DNA of 64,000 nucleotides from Laetmonice hystrix. Lineage: Eukaryota. A program made the position numbers and the translations under genes. Positions within the stretch are counted from its first letter, which is position 1, and each line of letters opens with the position of its first letter. The stretch spans positions 8,992,001 through 9,056,000 of the forward strand of contig OZ249436.1 of the NCBI GenBank assembly GCA_965235115.1, written 5' to 3'. The notes under the pieces are model-generated. The model made no database searches and was not told the origin of the DNA. It was given only the letters and a program-made list of their open reading frames with translations. Below, in pieces: positions 21,024-50,478 of this stretch.

Positions 21024-24000
21024 ATGGCCGCGCCCTGTAGGCGGGCGTGTTTGGCGAGGTTAGCCTAGGATAAGTATTATGATCGCCTGTAGTTTTCGAT
21101 AGAGTGTTTCATCAGTATCGATATGAAGCACACTCGTTTAATGCAATTGATACCCCCATGAGTTAATCATTCTCCGACTTAGAATTATCTTTAGCAGAGT
21201 TGTTACTAAGATTCACTTATTATCGCCCGACCTAGTTTTCATAGTTCATTTATTTTCCATGGCATAGGTTGAACAAGAGACTACTTCAAATAATGCATAA
21301 AGCAACGAGGTGGGCTGGACGCGCATCGCTGCGCCATTACATGACTTCATCCAGCAATATTTTAAAACTAGCTGACAGAGGAATCTTCCAAAATGTCTTT
21401 CCATCTGACAGGTAAATTGATTTAGTTCCAATGAGGTATACCTGGCTTGTCACCGCCTTTTCCACATGGCGGCAGCACTGTGGAAGCGGTTCAGTAGGAG
21501 ACATTTTTAGCATAGAATTAGATAGGCTGATATCCTCTAATCCAGTGCTTGCCATCTGAAGACCTTTGCATGAGACCTTTTCATCACTCTTGGAGTCTTG
21601 CACTTTATTGTACAGGAGCTAGTATAATTACCTTTGTGGTATGAGACATAGATTATAATTTAAAAGGATATAAAAAAAACTGGAATGAACACTGGACATT
21701 GAAAAACACAATTATTTCACTTAAGCAAATTTCCCCCCTTTTGTTTACAGTACACCAGAACTGCACAAACGTCTTGTCGGCTCCCCACAATGTATGTACT
21801 GTGGCTTTGACCCTACAGCAGACAGTCTTCATATAGGAAACCTCCTGGCAGTGATTGCTTTACTCCATGGACAGAGAGCTGGCCATGACGTAATTGCAGT
21901 AGTAAGTACATGTATATCAAATATTTCATTTAGCCACAGCTAGGCTTCTTGTTGTTGCATGCAAAATTAATTTTTTTATCCAGCATGATCATAATGCTCC
22001 CAGTCCAGATTTAAGAATCCATCTAGTCAGGCGGAGAAACTAATGCTGCTCTAAATGGAAGAAAATTCATTATAAATAATATAAAAGAAAGCAGAGAAAA
22101 ATCATTCCAAAATTCACATCTTCGATTCAAAATGCAAGAAAACCCAGTAAAGTAGAGAATTCATGTATTTCATCTACAACTTTTTTCAGTTAGGAGGGGC
22201 TACTGCCAAGATTGGTGATCCTACAGGTCGTACAAGGGAACGTTCTGCTTTAGAACCTGATGTGATACAGCATAACATCAGCACCATTGCTGAGAGTCTG
22301 CAGCGAATATTTCATAATCATCAGTCTCATTTCTGGTCTGGCCACCGAGAACTGCGACCTGCCAAGTACGCTTACGTCTGATGTAGATACAAGGGTCAAA
22401 GTCACTCCTTTATGATGAAAACGGCAAGAAAAAGTTGTAACTGATTGGTAGTGCTGTTTCATCATTCAGGGCCGAACATACTTTAGTCTAAGGCCCAGTT
22501 TCTCGAACATAGTTAAGTGTTACTCAAATCTACTCAGCTAAGACATGTTATACAAGAGTTGAGTCAATTTGAGTGACACTTAGACTTAAGTATGTTCGAG
22601 AAACCAGGCCTAAGTGCTCTCAAATCTACTCAGCTAAGGCATATTATATACAAGAGTTCAGTAGATTTGAGTGACACTCGGACAAAAGAATTTTCGAGAA
22701 ACCGGGCCCAGGTCATCTTCCCTGTTTGTTTTTTTTAAGCTAATGGGACACAAGGTTCACCATGGATATTTATTTAGAATAAAAAATAACCCAAACTTAT
22801 GTGTTCTGTCCTGAAGGAGGGCTACTGGTAGTTGACTTTAGGGCCTCAGACTGGCAGAAGACAAAGTCTTTGAGTAGTCCCTATATGTGCAGGGCCATGG
22901 GGGTATCTCCTTAAACATAACTTTTTATATGTCTCTGCAGTACCGTATCATGCTGACATGCTTACTATGTCTTTAGCCTATACGAAAAAAATACAGGTTC
23001 CAATTCTCCTATCAATGTTGTATTTTTGTATTTATATGCTGAATGTGTATGTATTTTTAGAGTTCTGAACAATAATGACTGGTACTCAAGTCATACCATT
23101 ATTGATTTCCTTGCCATAATGGGACGGCACTTCAGAATGGGAGATATGCTTGGCCGAACAAGGTATCATTAATTTTGTTTTTGGTATTTAATATGACTGA
23201 TTGCGAGCTGTACCACTTATATTGTTAAAGATAACTTACAAAAGACAAAGTACATCATGAAAAGATTATATGATATTGCTTTCTGCAAAACATATTATTT
23301 GGAACCACATCAACATGAAGATTTTTTTTATATACATTTTCCATACTTGTCCAGAGCACATTAATTGTAACTTAACCCATTAGAAAAGCATGACTTTGAT
23401 TTTCTTGTGCCTTCCCAGTGTCCAGACCAGATTAAACAGCCCGGAGGGTATGAGTCTGACCGAGTTCACGTACCCAGTCTTCCAGTCATATGACTGGCTC
23501 CATTTGTACAAGACCTTTAACTGTACCATCCAGGTAAGTGTTAGCCAGAGTCTCCCAAAGTTTTCCTCTCACAAATGAAACATTACTAATGATTAATATG
23601 GGTCATTGGATGCTACAGTGAATATCAGATTACAAAATCATTATTATCATACATGTAGACTACACAGAGAATGGAGGGAAAATCTCCAGCAGGTTTAAAA
23701 TTGTTAGGGTCACGGAATTCAATGAGAGTTTGCAAGAGTATAATGTACAAAACTGCCTGAATCATGCATCGATGTCTTGGATAAAAAAAGAAAGTATTTT
23801 TATGAAGACACTGCTGTATCAATGCAGATAGGTGGGAATGACCAGACTGGAAACATCATGGCAGGTCGTGATCTCATCAGTCGGATATCCAAGGAGCCAG
23901 TGTTTGGTAAGTCTAGCACTTTATTACCACGATCATGCATTAATAATATCAGTTTTCACACATTGGAACATGTAAAACCTAGTTTCCCACAATCAAAATG

Positions 24001-25937
24001 TACTAGGTTAATCAGGAAGTAGGTTCTATCAGGTAGATGTCGCTGTGACTTTCATCAGTTTAATTTCAGGCTTGACAGTTCCACTTATTAAATCTACCAC
24101 TGGGGACAAGCTTGGGAAGACGGCTGGCAATGCAGTGTGGCTTAATCCCGACAAAACGTCACCTTTTGAACTCTACCAGGTAAAAGAACAAAGTGGGCAT
24201 TAGTAGCCAATAGTGTTACAGGGGTCGTTTTCCTGTTCATAAACGTTGGATATATAGTAACATTAATGAGAAGATATTTCTGTCTAAGCTCTTCATTGAA
24301 GTAAGATACTAAATGTTGCTCTTTTATTGTTCCAGTTCTTCATCAATCTACCAGATACTGATGTGGAATTCTTTCTGAAGTTGTTTACCTTCCTTTCTGA
24401 TGCAGAAATTGCAGAGGCACTAAAGAAACATCTAGTAGGTTCAACTATATGGTTCTTTATGCTGGTAATGTGAAATGCTGCTTTCAGTAAATATAAAATT
24501 GGAATGCAGTGAAAATTTCGTAAGTTCGTTTGTTTCTGTTTGTTTTGAAGAGGCTGACATGCTTTTAACAATATTTATAAGTAAATGTGGTCAAATGTGG
24601 TACAATATCAGATAACTTAAACTATTCTTGTGATCAACAGAAAGAGCCGGAAGCAAGAGTTGGTCAGAAAAAAATAGCAGAAAGCGTTACTTCATTGGTC
24701 CATGGTGGTTAGTATAGAAAAACACTTACCATAATGACTGTATAACGACAGCTCCGTCTCAGGCACATTAATGATGGGTCAATGATTCTGAGTCATGCAA
24801 ATATAATTGTCATTCATTGTGTAATGATATATACATGTGTATTCTATATCTACACCATAATAATATTGTATTAATGATGGGTCAGAATGATTCTTCAACT
24901 ACATGTACACAGCCTTAAAGTTCTATGAATATACTGGAAAGCTAAAGTCGAAATGTCGAAATTATAGATTAAAACTCACATTATTCACACATATAACCCC
25001 CCACCCTACCCCCACCCCGTCTCTGACTTCTTGACTTATTTTATATTTTATACATTGGATGTTTTCAAGTAAATGGTCTTGAGTCAGCTCAGAGATGCAC
25101 AGAAGTTCTTTTTGGTAAGTCGCCAAAAGCCCTGGCTGAAATAAGTGAGCAGGAACTACAAGATCTCTTCAAGAACTCGCCAACCTGTGACCTATATTTG
25201 GATCCTGGTACTACAGTCCTTGACGCCGTAATGAAAGCCAAATGTTTCCCAAGAGAAGGTGAGACCTGTTAAATACTAGAAACAATATGGACCTGTATTC
25301 TTTCTGCAGGTATCAATATCTTTGGTGCTTTTTGTATTTTGTAGCATTTAAAAATTTATCACTGGTCCAAAATGTGAATATCACAATTAGACTCCTGGAA
25401 CTCATTTACCAATATCTCGTGCTCATGGAGTGTCCACTGCCAGTGAAGTTAACCTATGAATTGTGAGTGCTAGTCTTTAGAAGATAAAAGGGAGAGAATA
25501 GTTTGATGATAATGAGATGGATGTGTGGATTCCAGTTGATGCCGACCGGGTGATCAAGGCTGGCGGAGTCTACCTGAATCATCAACGGATCACAGAACCC
25601 ATGGCAGTTCTCATCCCAGGCCAACATATCCTCAACAATAATACGACCCTCGTCAGAATAGGTATAGTCCTCCTTGCTTCACTGTGCTGGTGGTTTTGTT
25701 AAACATGCATGACTCCTCCTTGACCTTCAAAAAAAACACGAAGATAACTGATCATGTAGATACTGGCACAGCACAGAGTGATGGCGGAAAGTCATCTCTG
25801 TGTTTTTTCATTTCACATACTATAGTATTGGAAACGGGTACCGTCCAAGATAAACATGTTCAACATGGCCCTATCCAACTCGTGTTTTTTCCATTACAGG
25901 CAAGAAGAACTATTACATTATAAGATGGCTTGGATGA
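21024..25937 (+). CDS. YARS2: Tyrosine--tRNA ligase, mitochondrial (13 coding exons)
   Basis: Exons 21024-21058, 21268-21411, 21751-21901, 22190-22365, 23061-23162, 23419-23533, 23828-23906, 24070-24179, 24336-24434, 24641-24707, 25070-25258, 25536-25661, 25900-25937; all GT-AG and in phase. Arg-rich presequence [31 protein letters not shown] (HIGH), [28 protein letters not shown] (KMSKS) and an S4-like tail [16 protein letters not shown]. Confidence 0.93.
22470..22708. mobile_element. Small Harbinger-type MITE with a second copy of the same family nested inside (22492-22610)
   Basis: Inner: GGCCCAGTTTCTCGAACATA / TATGTTCGAGAAACCAGGCC with TSD TAA. Outer: GGCC..GAACATAC / TTCGAGAAACCGGGCC with CAG flanks. 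In YARS2 intron 4. Confidence 0.7.
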
Positions 25938-28900
25938 TGCTAAAACGGGCGTAGAAGATATTCCAGATACCCATGGCCTTTGATGACTGGACCATGCTAT
26001 ATCAACAATTTAACACGAAAACAAAAACAACCCAAGGATTTACTGAGCAAACGTAATTAATGTTACTCCAAAAACAATGTTGTGAAAAGTGTTCTGGGAG
26101 GTTCTCTTTTGTATAGACGGCAAAAGATTGAGAAAAAAACATGGGAGTCAGAACACGACCTGGACTGTGTGAACATTGCTGCCGATATCTGTGAGACGTC
26201 ATTAGCTGCGATTAAAATATAGTACATGATTGTATGTATGTGTTCTGTAATTTGTTAATTTCTGGGCCCTAGTGTTACACCAGTACTAACTTTCGTAGAC
26301 ATGGCGAGTGTAGGCAGCCTACCATCTGAGTGCTGAGTCAATCATTATCCGGAAAATTTCAGGTGTTACCCCGAAGACTCCTATAACATTTACTCTATAC
26401 CGTTATTATATCACACTGGCACAAGTCAGCAAAGGGTAAAAGTCTAGGCGAAGTTGCTTCTCAATTACGAAACATCCAGGATGTACATGTACATGTATTT
26501 ATTACAACTCTGCGCGAGTGATTCGATATTCGGGTAAACGACAGTAGCAAATAGAATATGCAATGACTTCAGTTCAGCCATCCCGTTTGCAATTTCACAG
26601 ATTTTCGGCATGTAGGGAAGAGCAATATGAGCAACGAATCTCGTTTATAGATAAAATATAGGGAATGCAATTAGGGTGCGTTTGGGATGCACACTATAAC
26701 GATATCAAAACACTAAGACTCAACTCAAAGAACAGACCTCTACTTTTTTTCAAGGCAATTTATTTTCCGGAAGGTTTCCATGACATCTGTGAGGGCTGTG
26801 CCACCTCATTGCAATTTGTTCACAACGAGACCCTTTTTTTTTTCTCAACACGTTTTGGACTTGGCCAAGTCTGACTAAAGCGTCGACATGATGAAACGAG
26901 TTGGTATAAAGTTCACAGGCTTCAACTGGTAAAGAGAAAATTCATTGGTTTCGTTTCCAGTTAAGAACGTCACAAGTATGAGACTGGCATGCATGAATAA
27001 GTATGCAGAATATCAACCCGCTGAAAACGATGGTCACAGAAATGCGCCTGCCGTTTCCTTTTAGAGGATGGGGTGTGGAGGAAATCCATCAATGTGAAAC
27101 GCTCAAACGTTTCAAGAGAACTCGTATTGGTCAAAAATTAGTGGATCTCGAATGAGTACGCAATTTGTTCAATAGACACGGTTTAATAAATGGTGGTGTT
27201 TTTATGAGCAACCATGCATGCTTATAACATCATTAACCTCGTCACATTCTAAGCCCAAGGCAATAGCTTAAAAAGTCAATCCTCTTTCATGTCATGGTAT
27301 CCAACACTTTAGAAACAAATCACCTACCAATTATTTGTGAAGAACTTACATTAGATTTCATGAAAGGGTTATTAATACAAGTATATACGTTCCTACTTAT
27401 AACATTCAATATGGCAACGATAATTAACTTTGTAAATAAGGTGGGAGGTACAAGGACTGGTCGCAAGAGGTGAACATCAAACATGGCCTTTTTATACATC
27501 ATTGGCCTGATGGTTCAGGGAACATACAATGGCTATTGTTAACTCGACCGAGGCCAGTCGTCTGTCCACATTTTCCTCCGATGTGTGACTGCACCAAACT
27601 GGAGGTGGGTGATGAGAGTACCAATACGTGTATATTAAACTTCAAATACGCTAGTAGGGTACTAGCTATATGTTTGGTGTACCGGTATCCTGCATTTCTA
27701 CCCCCTTGGTTTCACAACGATGTTGCATGGCAAACTCAGACCTTCGTATCTCTCTCTCTCTCTCTTTCTCTCTCTCTTGCTACAGAAGTTACCTAGTCAC
27801 TATCCACTGCAAAAATCCAAATTTTGAAGTATAAAAAGTGTGACCTCAAATTATAATCCTGCCAAATTCTGATGATAGATATGTCAAATGACCAGTAGTT
27901 TTTACAATACTCGAAACATTTGAAATCTGTTTAGCAAGTCGTTTTGACTAAAATAACATACATTTGTATATTAAAGGGAAATTAACAAACATAGCCTCAA
28001 CTAGCCTAAGAAAACCAGTCTTGACGATTGTCACCACCAGTTAGTCTCTTTACTCGAGACTAAAGCACAAACATATGTTCTTAGTTAAAGCAAATGTGGG
28101 TGTGCTTTAAATACCATATCAACTTACTATGGCACTGCAGTACAACGCACACTTTGCTGCCGACTAGCAACTGAACTACCAACACGGCATAGGAAACAAT
28201 ATATTTTGAGTCAAAGCTAAACTCTTTAAAAAAGTAAATGATAGCGACCAATACCAGAAAATATCTATTCAAAATCATCTTTCTTTACGGTTTCATGCTG
28301 CAGCCTCCAAGCCAAGAACTGCCACTCGCGTTTAGCTTGGGTCTCCTGAATGGTTTCCACCGGATAGTCCCGTGAACCAAATTTTGCTAAACAAGGACCC
28401 TAATTACGCCCCCTTTAATATCAATGGTCAAGATAATATACTTTGCGCACGTACTCCACTTTCTATCAATCCAATGCATATCGCAACAGGACACAGAAAA
28501 CGTTTGACTCTTTAAGCTGTTAACAAGGCTGCCAACCACCTGGCCAGAATCGTTGAAACTCTTCTTCAACATACTTATAAGAGTTAAGCGTTTTGAAATT
28601 TATGGTAATCAATTGGCATATTACTCAGAGAGTTGCGATTCACAAGTTCTATTGTCCTGCTACATGTACCTGCATCTGTAGAAAACCTTTACCGGCTGGC
28701 CTAGATTGGTGAGACCAACTGTGCGTCACACTCCCTACATCCCGCATCAAAAGCCAGCTTTCAACTCGAATATACAATTCTTTCTCAGATATCTCTACTC
28801 CCTTATACCTGCTAAATGAACTGACGATAGTATACTTGAAATATAACTAGCATGCTTAGCCATGCCCGTACACATCCCTTAACATCCTGAGGGATGTTGT

Positions 28901-31900
28901 TGAGCGGCAGCATGCTTGCCACCGGTCCTGCCACCTGGCACTACCTGGATACACCATCGTTGTGATCCGGGGTGCTCAAGGCTCTCTGCCACACATGTGT
29001 AACATGTGTTGGACAATACTGTCTTCTTACATCAATAATAACTACAACCCACACTCAAAGCGGCGCATTATATTACTACTTGTTACACATAACGGGGTAA
29101 GAAATTGCTATCATCTACCTAGTACAAACGTACAAATGTAATCTTTTTTTTATATGAATCTTGTCGTTGATGTACACGATATATATGGTTAATACCGCTA
29201 TATATGTTAAAATCTACACGCACAAATTATCAAAAGGTCACTACAGAAAGCATCAATAAAGACAACATGAGAAGACGGAATGCATGCACACCTGTTACAA
29301 GTTTAGGTTAACAGATCAGCACTACATCTACCAGTATGTAGTATGTCTTGCCTTCTGGCAAACATTTTTCTCCAATGCACAACTTACCTCAGTACACTTT
29401 TCCGCTTTTTTCCTTTTATTTCATTAAAAACTGTAAACAAGGTTTCTTTTTTGGTCTCCATTCCCCCGATAGACGACTTCTTTTTGTTTATTTTTCAGTA
29501 ACTTCCTTTCTTAGCAGAGCAAGTGGTTTAACATTTATATCTTCTATCTCCCTTTTACTTATTACATACACTTATATTTCTCTCTTTCTATTTATAGAAC
29601 TTGCAACTACCAAAGCATAACAATAACGTTCCTCCCCTTTATTTTGATTTATCTTCTCCGTTTCTTTTTTTTTTTTGTAGTTTTTTGTTTCTTTTTGGGG
29701 GGTTTGTTTTTTGTTTTTTTTTGTGTTTTTTTTTGTTTTTTTGTTTGTTTTTTCTTTCTTTCTTTCTTTTTTTTCTACTATTTTTCCTTTGCTTGCTTTT
29801 TTTTTTTTTTTTTTTTTATCACTTTGGGTCATATTTGTATCAGCATTTGTATATACACATATGTGCGTGTATATAATTATACATCTCCCAGTACATGCAT
29901 GAGATGACTTTCTTGACTGAACCCCACACATTCGTTATCTCTTATAATGCATCTAACATTTGTCATTTTCAAGAGATTGTATCTTCACATTTTTCTTAGA
30001 CCTTTTCTTCGCTTTATTTTTCTGCCTTTTTTTTCTCTGAAGAATCTTTGTACAAATTAAAAAAATAAACGAAATAAGGTTATAAGCCCATTCAATCCAT
30101 TACAAGAAGACTTTTTTTTATATTTTTACAAATATCTGTTAGGTACTTAGTATGAAGCCTATGAGCTTATTTTTTCAGTTCTTTTTTTTAACATTTCCCC
30201 CTCCTTTTTTTCTTTTTTTTTTCCTTTTGTTTGACAAGAATGCCAAAGAACTTACATTGTATTTTATAATATGAAGGTTGCTATATCTGCTGCATTTATA
30301 TATGCTGTAGTGAAATCGCCATACATTTAGATACTCTACACTCCTAAATCCTAATACAAACTAGTATTAACTCTACCAATAAATATGGCCCTGGAACCGT
30401 TAGGCCTACTTTTTTCAAATACCTACCAGTACCTTCCACTTTGCAAAGGGTCCGAAAAGCACTTTACTCTTTCAGTATACAAGGATTAGATATGATCCAC
30501 AACTGACATTACATGAATTCAGCCCTGCTGAAGCATCCCTTTGTTGTTTTTTTTCTCACGCCTGCACAACTTTCAGAGATTTCACAGGCTTTATAAGATG
30601 GGTTTATAAGATGGGAAACCAAATATAGAAATACGCCACAACATTAAGCAGTTTGATGCACCAGTAAAAAAAATGACACTTCCTAGCCTGTCAAGCAGTT
30701 CACTTGGCCGAGAACCTGCTTTGATTTGGGAGGGGGGCATCGGGCCAGCACTTAAAATACGGCCTAGTGAATGTCTTTGAAATGAAAAACAAAAACACAC
30801 CAAAAAAATCCTAAACCTAACATCAACCTAACCACCATGACTTGTTCTGCACTGCTAACCGAAGATGGTGCTTACTTGGCATTCTTCCCAACTGATAATC
30901 TAACGAACAGTATCAGTAACTTTATGCACAGCACGTTACTGCGGTATCATTAGACTCCTATTCAATAATAACAACATGTCCATGTGGTCTCAAGTAGTAC
31001 ACAGTTAAATACGATCATCATCTCAGACACAAAGGCTGCAGTCATTCTTTCTGATCACTTAAATAACCCTTGCTTCTTCCGACTGCTGAACAAAAAAAAC
31101 TCCTATGATTGCATGCCGCATTATGCCAACCTCCGGTATTCTTATCAGAAAAGCATTTAATCTGTTGTTTCCATATCATGGACATTTTCCTGTGAAAAAC
31201 ATGTGCACAAGTTTTATAAATAAAAATCCACTAGGTAACACCAAAACCACTATACAAAGAACGCATTTCTATCATTCTCTTTTTTTCTTAACTTTTTTTT
31301 TTTTGGGGGGGGGGGGGGGTGGTTAAACTTAGATTCTCGATATGGTCAAAATCCCTTTTCCACATTTTTTTTGTGTCCTCAAAGTATTTTTTCAGTTTGT
31401 CTTCTTTTTCATTTCGTCCTCTCGGAGTATACACCCAGTAAATGTGAGAAACAGTCTCCCATTTAAACTTTACAATTTGTACACAGAAATTGTATCTAGA
31501 GCTACAAGTTTGCTGTTATATAATTCTGTAAACTATTCTACACATTCTCAAAAACAAAATATCGGGATAAATAAAACAAAATTATTACACAATATCTCAT
31601 AGTGAAGCCATACAGCTGACATCATCTTTGAATATTACTGTAATCTCCCAGCTGAGGTTACTGATTTAAGCCCGGTGTGGGCTGACGTGCTGATCTGTAT
31701 ATATTGTACACAGTAATTCTTGAGACGTTAGCCTGGGTAAGGTATTTCTCTCCGGTTGTCCGGTTGCCTTAGTCAGCCTGTATTATGATTATTGATGTCA
31801 TGCATATTCTACAGTTCTAAAGTTTTAGTTTTAGTTTCAGCTGGTAGTTGTGACTTTCTGTATTAATGACATAATTTGATACTTCAGATTTAGAATATAC

Positions 31901-33151
31901 TTTAGCAATGAAACAAGGTCTTGTCTAGATTTCTTCGACCTTAGTTTCATCGATGTTTCAACAGGGTTCCTTTCTATTTTGGTGTGTACACCATTCATTA
32001 CTGTTCCTTTAAGAGTACCAAGTTATATTTACGCCTATTGCTCACAAAGTTCATAATGCCATAGCATTAACATTACAATGGGCCCGAAAACTAAAATGGG
32101 GTTGACTAACGAAGTACCAGCGCCTCAATGCAATTCCTTATTGAATTTAGAAAAAAATATGCCGATCTGACATAAAGCATTTCATAGAGTTATTGACGAC
32201 CTCCTGTTTGGTCTGAACATAATTTACAAAGGTTGTGGTGTCATGGCTACTGTAGATCGAAAAAACAGTCCCATGAACCTATGTTGAATTCTTTACACTA
32301 TCATTCAGAGAAAGGTTAGGTAAAATTAGACAAACAGTATCTGATGAAGTTCCGCTATACAAATATACATAAAACAATCCGGCAGAATCTTTGGAAAAGG
32401 CAAAATGGAATGTCTTCCTCAAACATTAGTGAAGTTTCGGCATATATTGCCAACCTAGGAAACGAGATAGAATCCCTTTGTGTACCCGGTAGTTTGTTTT
32501 TAGTCGGGATATTATTCACAGAGTTATTTTATGGAATATAACAATATGCCAGTTTCCTTACTGCCACCGTTATCAACCTTCTTTTTCTCTCTATTTTTTT
32601 TCTTCTCTTTTTTTAAATATTTATTTACGATTTTTTTCGTGTTTTTTTCTATTTACATATTATTATAAGTAGAAATCCTGCAAACGCCAAAGTATATGAT
32701 GTACTATGACTATATTTGCAGGCGACCTTACAATCAATGTGCCCCTGGACAATCTACCTCATGGCATCCACAGGTACCATGGTAATATCTCTGGGTTCAC
32801 GTGCTCGTTCATCGAGTCGCGACACACTAGACTGGCTGGCGATGTTTTACTAAGAACCTACCTTTGTTCAATCTGGAGAAACTTTCCCACCTGAGACACC
32901 AATCTCCTAACCTCACAGTCTGCCCAGTGTTACCAGCACATTTGACCCACCGGAAAAGCATTACCAAAGCTTTCTGAACGATGTACTTCTCTCTTAATAC
33001 CTGATAAGTTTTGCTGCTTTTGTGAGATGCCTGATGAAAAAACTGGGAAGGCCCTTTAGAGGCACTGGTCCCATTCCAAAAATACAATAATCCAACTGAC
33101 CCTAGCCCCTAGCAGCAATAAAAAGCAGGCATCCCTACATACTTGGTCTTC

Positions 33152-47807
<14,656 letters not shown>

Positions 47808-48359
47808 AGTCCACGATGTCCGTCATCACCCACGCAAGGTAGGCCCTGCCAACTCAGCAACTTGATTGTCCTCTCTCAGAAGTCAAAGGCTCCTGTTGTA
47901 ACACCTATGGGATTACAAAGATAATCAAAAAAACAATAAAAGTATTAATTTTATATTTAGCTATATCTAGCTATACTAGAAATGTTGAAAGAAATCACAG
48001 TACTGAACGAATCCGAGAGTCCACTAAGGTTGTTGTCAAGTCTGCTTTCCAACTTTTATCACAATATTTGCTCTTTTCTGACCATTGCATATTTTGAAGA
48101 AACTTTATCCAAATCATCATCTAGGACAGGGGAAGCTGACTGTTTATTAAATTCCTTTTGCAGTTTTAAAAATGACAAACACTTAATACTCACTGATAAA
48201 AACTACATCTTCACATAAAGATCCAATATTTCTTCCGTTTTTGCCTCATTTACCTAGATGACTACCCTGAAAGCAGTATAATATATCACAAAGAACTTAA
48301 TACGTGTACACTAAATTAACATTTTATAAAGAGAAATTTCATACACTACGAGGCTGTTT

Positions 48360-48829
48360 CAGAGCTGCCTACCCCAAAACACAAGTTTGAGTATAACCAA
48401 TTGTGATTTCGAGTATAAATGGGCGACTTTCGAGTACAATTCTCCCAAAATCTTATGTATGCTAAATTTTCCTTAGTGTATGAAGTTAATATAAAAATTT
48501 GTTAATACAGTTTATGTAATTATAAAAGAAATACATCAATGATAAATAAATAAAAATAAAGACTAACTTTGAAAAATAAACACAAATATACATTTTCAAC
48601 CTTCATATACTATATGGAGACCACACTGTGGCGCTGAAGTATGCGTGTTAACCATGTGTGGCGCTGGGATGGGTCACCCCGCCATAGAGCATACTGTATG
48701 TATAAGGAAGTAATGGAGGAATGGCAGAAGTGCATCAATGTGTACAATTATGAGTATACGTCATACAACTATCGAATTTTGTGATATTGTGTACAAAATA
48801 TGCAAAATGTGTAGAGGTAGGCAGCTCTG
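48360..48829. mobile_element. MITE with 14-bp perfect TIR and 6-bp TSD (hAT-group-like)
   Basis: CAGAGCTGCCTACC / GGTAGGCAGCTCTG; TSD CTGTTT on both sides. Confidence 0.85.
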
Positions 48830-49398
48830 CTGTTTTGGAACCACCCCTCCAAAACACATTAATAGTTATATTTAGTATGACGTTAGATTGGATGATGAAA
48901 TGCTAATCTGTGGCAGGATGCATTTAGATTATTTGTTAATAACTCAATAGGCTCCACGATGTTGAAGAACTCCTAAACGCACCATAATTATATTTATAAC
49001 AAATAGCACTACGGCACCCAGCTATAGATTAGCAATTCATCCCTCTATCTAACGTCATAATAACGTGTAGCCAAGGAGGACCTGGGCAATAGTGCTGCTG
49101 CCAGGCAGAAAAGACGGTAACACAATTATTTCGAGTCTCCCATTGGTAATGTTGGCATGGATCCTGCCAGACTACAAATCTGTCTGCCACACAGGCCAAA
49201 ACAGTCCTTGCCAACGTTGTATATTATTTTCGCCAGGGGCAGGCAGGTAGTATTTTATTTAGTAAGAAGAAGATGAGGTATGTCTCCAAATCCAATCAAG
49301 CTAATGACTTTATAGGGGACATTGGCATTGCAACATAATTTATTATAATATGACTTAGGCGCTACTATGGCTTTGTTTCAGCTTTCCATAGTTATTGG

Positions 49399-50478
49399 TA
49401 GAGCCATTCAATTTCTGCGATCATAGAATCGCGGACGGAATCGCGGAATTTACTATCTGAAACGGAATTTCCTTTCTGAAACAGAATTTCCAGTGTAAAA
49501 CGGAATTTCCAGTGTAAAACAGAAAAAAACGGAAATGTCTTTTTTACTACTGGTATTTCCCCAGCTGACTGTATACAGTGTAGCTGGGACCTGGGTTGGC
49601 CTGGCAGAGTGGGAAGGGAGGGAGGCTGCGACCTGCCCCCTCCTCCCATCTACCCACAAGTCGTGACTACCTATCACTCAAGAACGGCACCAAATTCCAT
49701 GTGGTTCTGTATTACCCTAAATGGTTTACAATCCTCCCGTGGGCAGCCGTTACGGCCCGCGGCCTGTTAATGGACCCGCTAGAGGAGTGGGGTGGGAGGG
49801 TCATGAACAGGGTCTCCGCGGGTTTGATCCAAACAAATTCAAGGCTTTTCAAGGCCGATTTCAGCAGATTTTCAAGGCGGCTAATGACAAGATCGGGGGC
49901 AGTAGTGAATGTCCCACACTAGTATTCCTCTCACTAGATGGCAGGGACTGTATCATGTTATACTTACCAGGCCCATAGATGGCAGTACAAGGACTCTACC
50001 TCGTGCCGTAATGATCCCAGAGCCAATTCTGATAACTTCATGTGTGTGTCAGGTGGGAGGGTGGGGGCAAAGAGTATGCCTATAGGAAATTTTAGGATTT
50101 TCGAAAAATTCCAAGGCCGATTTAAAGATTTTTAAGGCCTATGTGATGAGTTTCAAGGCCCTCACACCAATTTGACCATTTTCAAGGCTATTCCAGGCCT
50201 TGAATTTATTTTTCCAAATTCAAGGCTTTTCAAGGCTTTCAAGGCCCCACGGAGACCCTGATGAATATGATCGAGCTCTTCCTGGAGCGAACAGACTGGA
50301 CTCGCAAATGTGACAGTTGTGCAGATACGGTTGTGCATTTTTTTGGGACACCCTGTATACTGTGAAAATACTGAAACAAAAAAAAAAACAGAATTTTTAA
50401 AATTCAAGCGGAAAAACAGAATTTTTCATTTTTAAAACGGAATTTCCTAGCAAGGATCACTGAATTTGACTGGGTCTA
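49399..50478. mobile_element. Non-autonomous DNA transposon with TAG termini and 6-bp TSD
   Basis: TAGAGCCATTCAATTTC / GAATTTGACTGGGTCTA imperfect TIR; TSD TATTGG (49393-98, 50479-84). Confidence 0.75.
49808..50260. mobile_element. hAT5-like MITE nested in the preceding element
   Basis: TIR CAGGGTCTCCG / CGGAGACCCTG; 5-bp TSD ATGAA; internal TTCAAGGC repeats. Confidence 0.85.

Noticed and set aside
29572..29931. Phe-rich and Lys-rich ORFs
   Set aside because: Low-complexity poly-T/poly-A tract.
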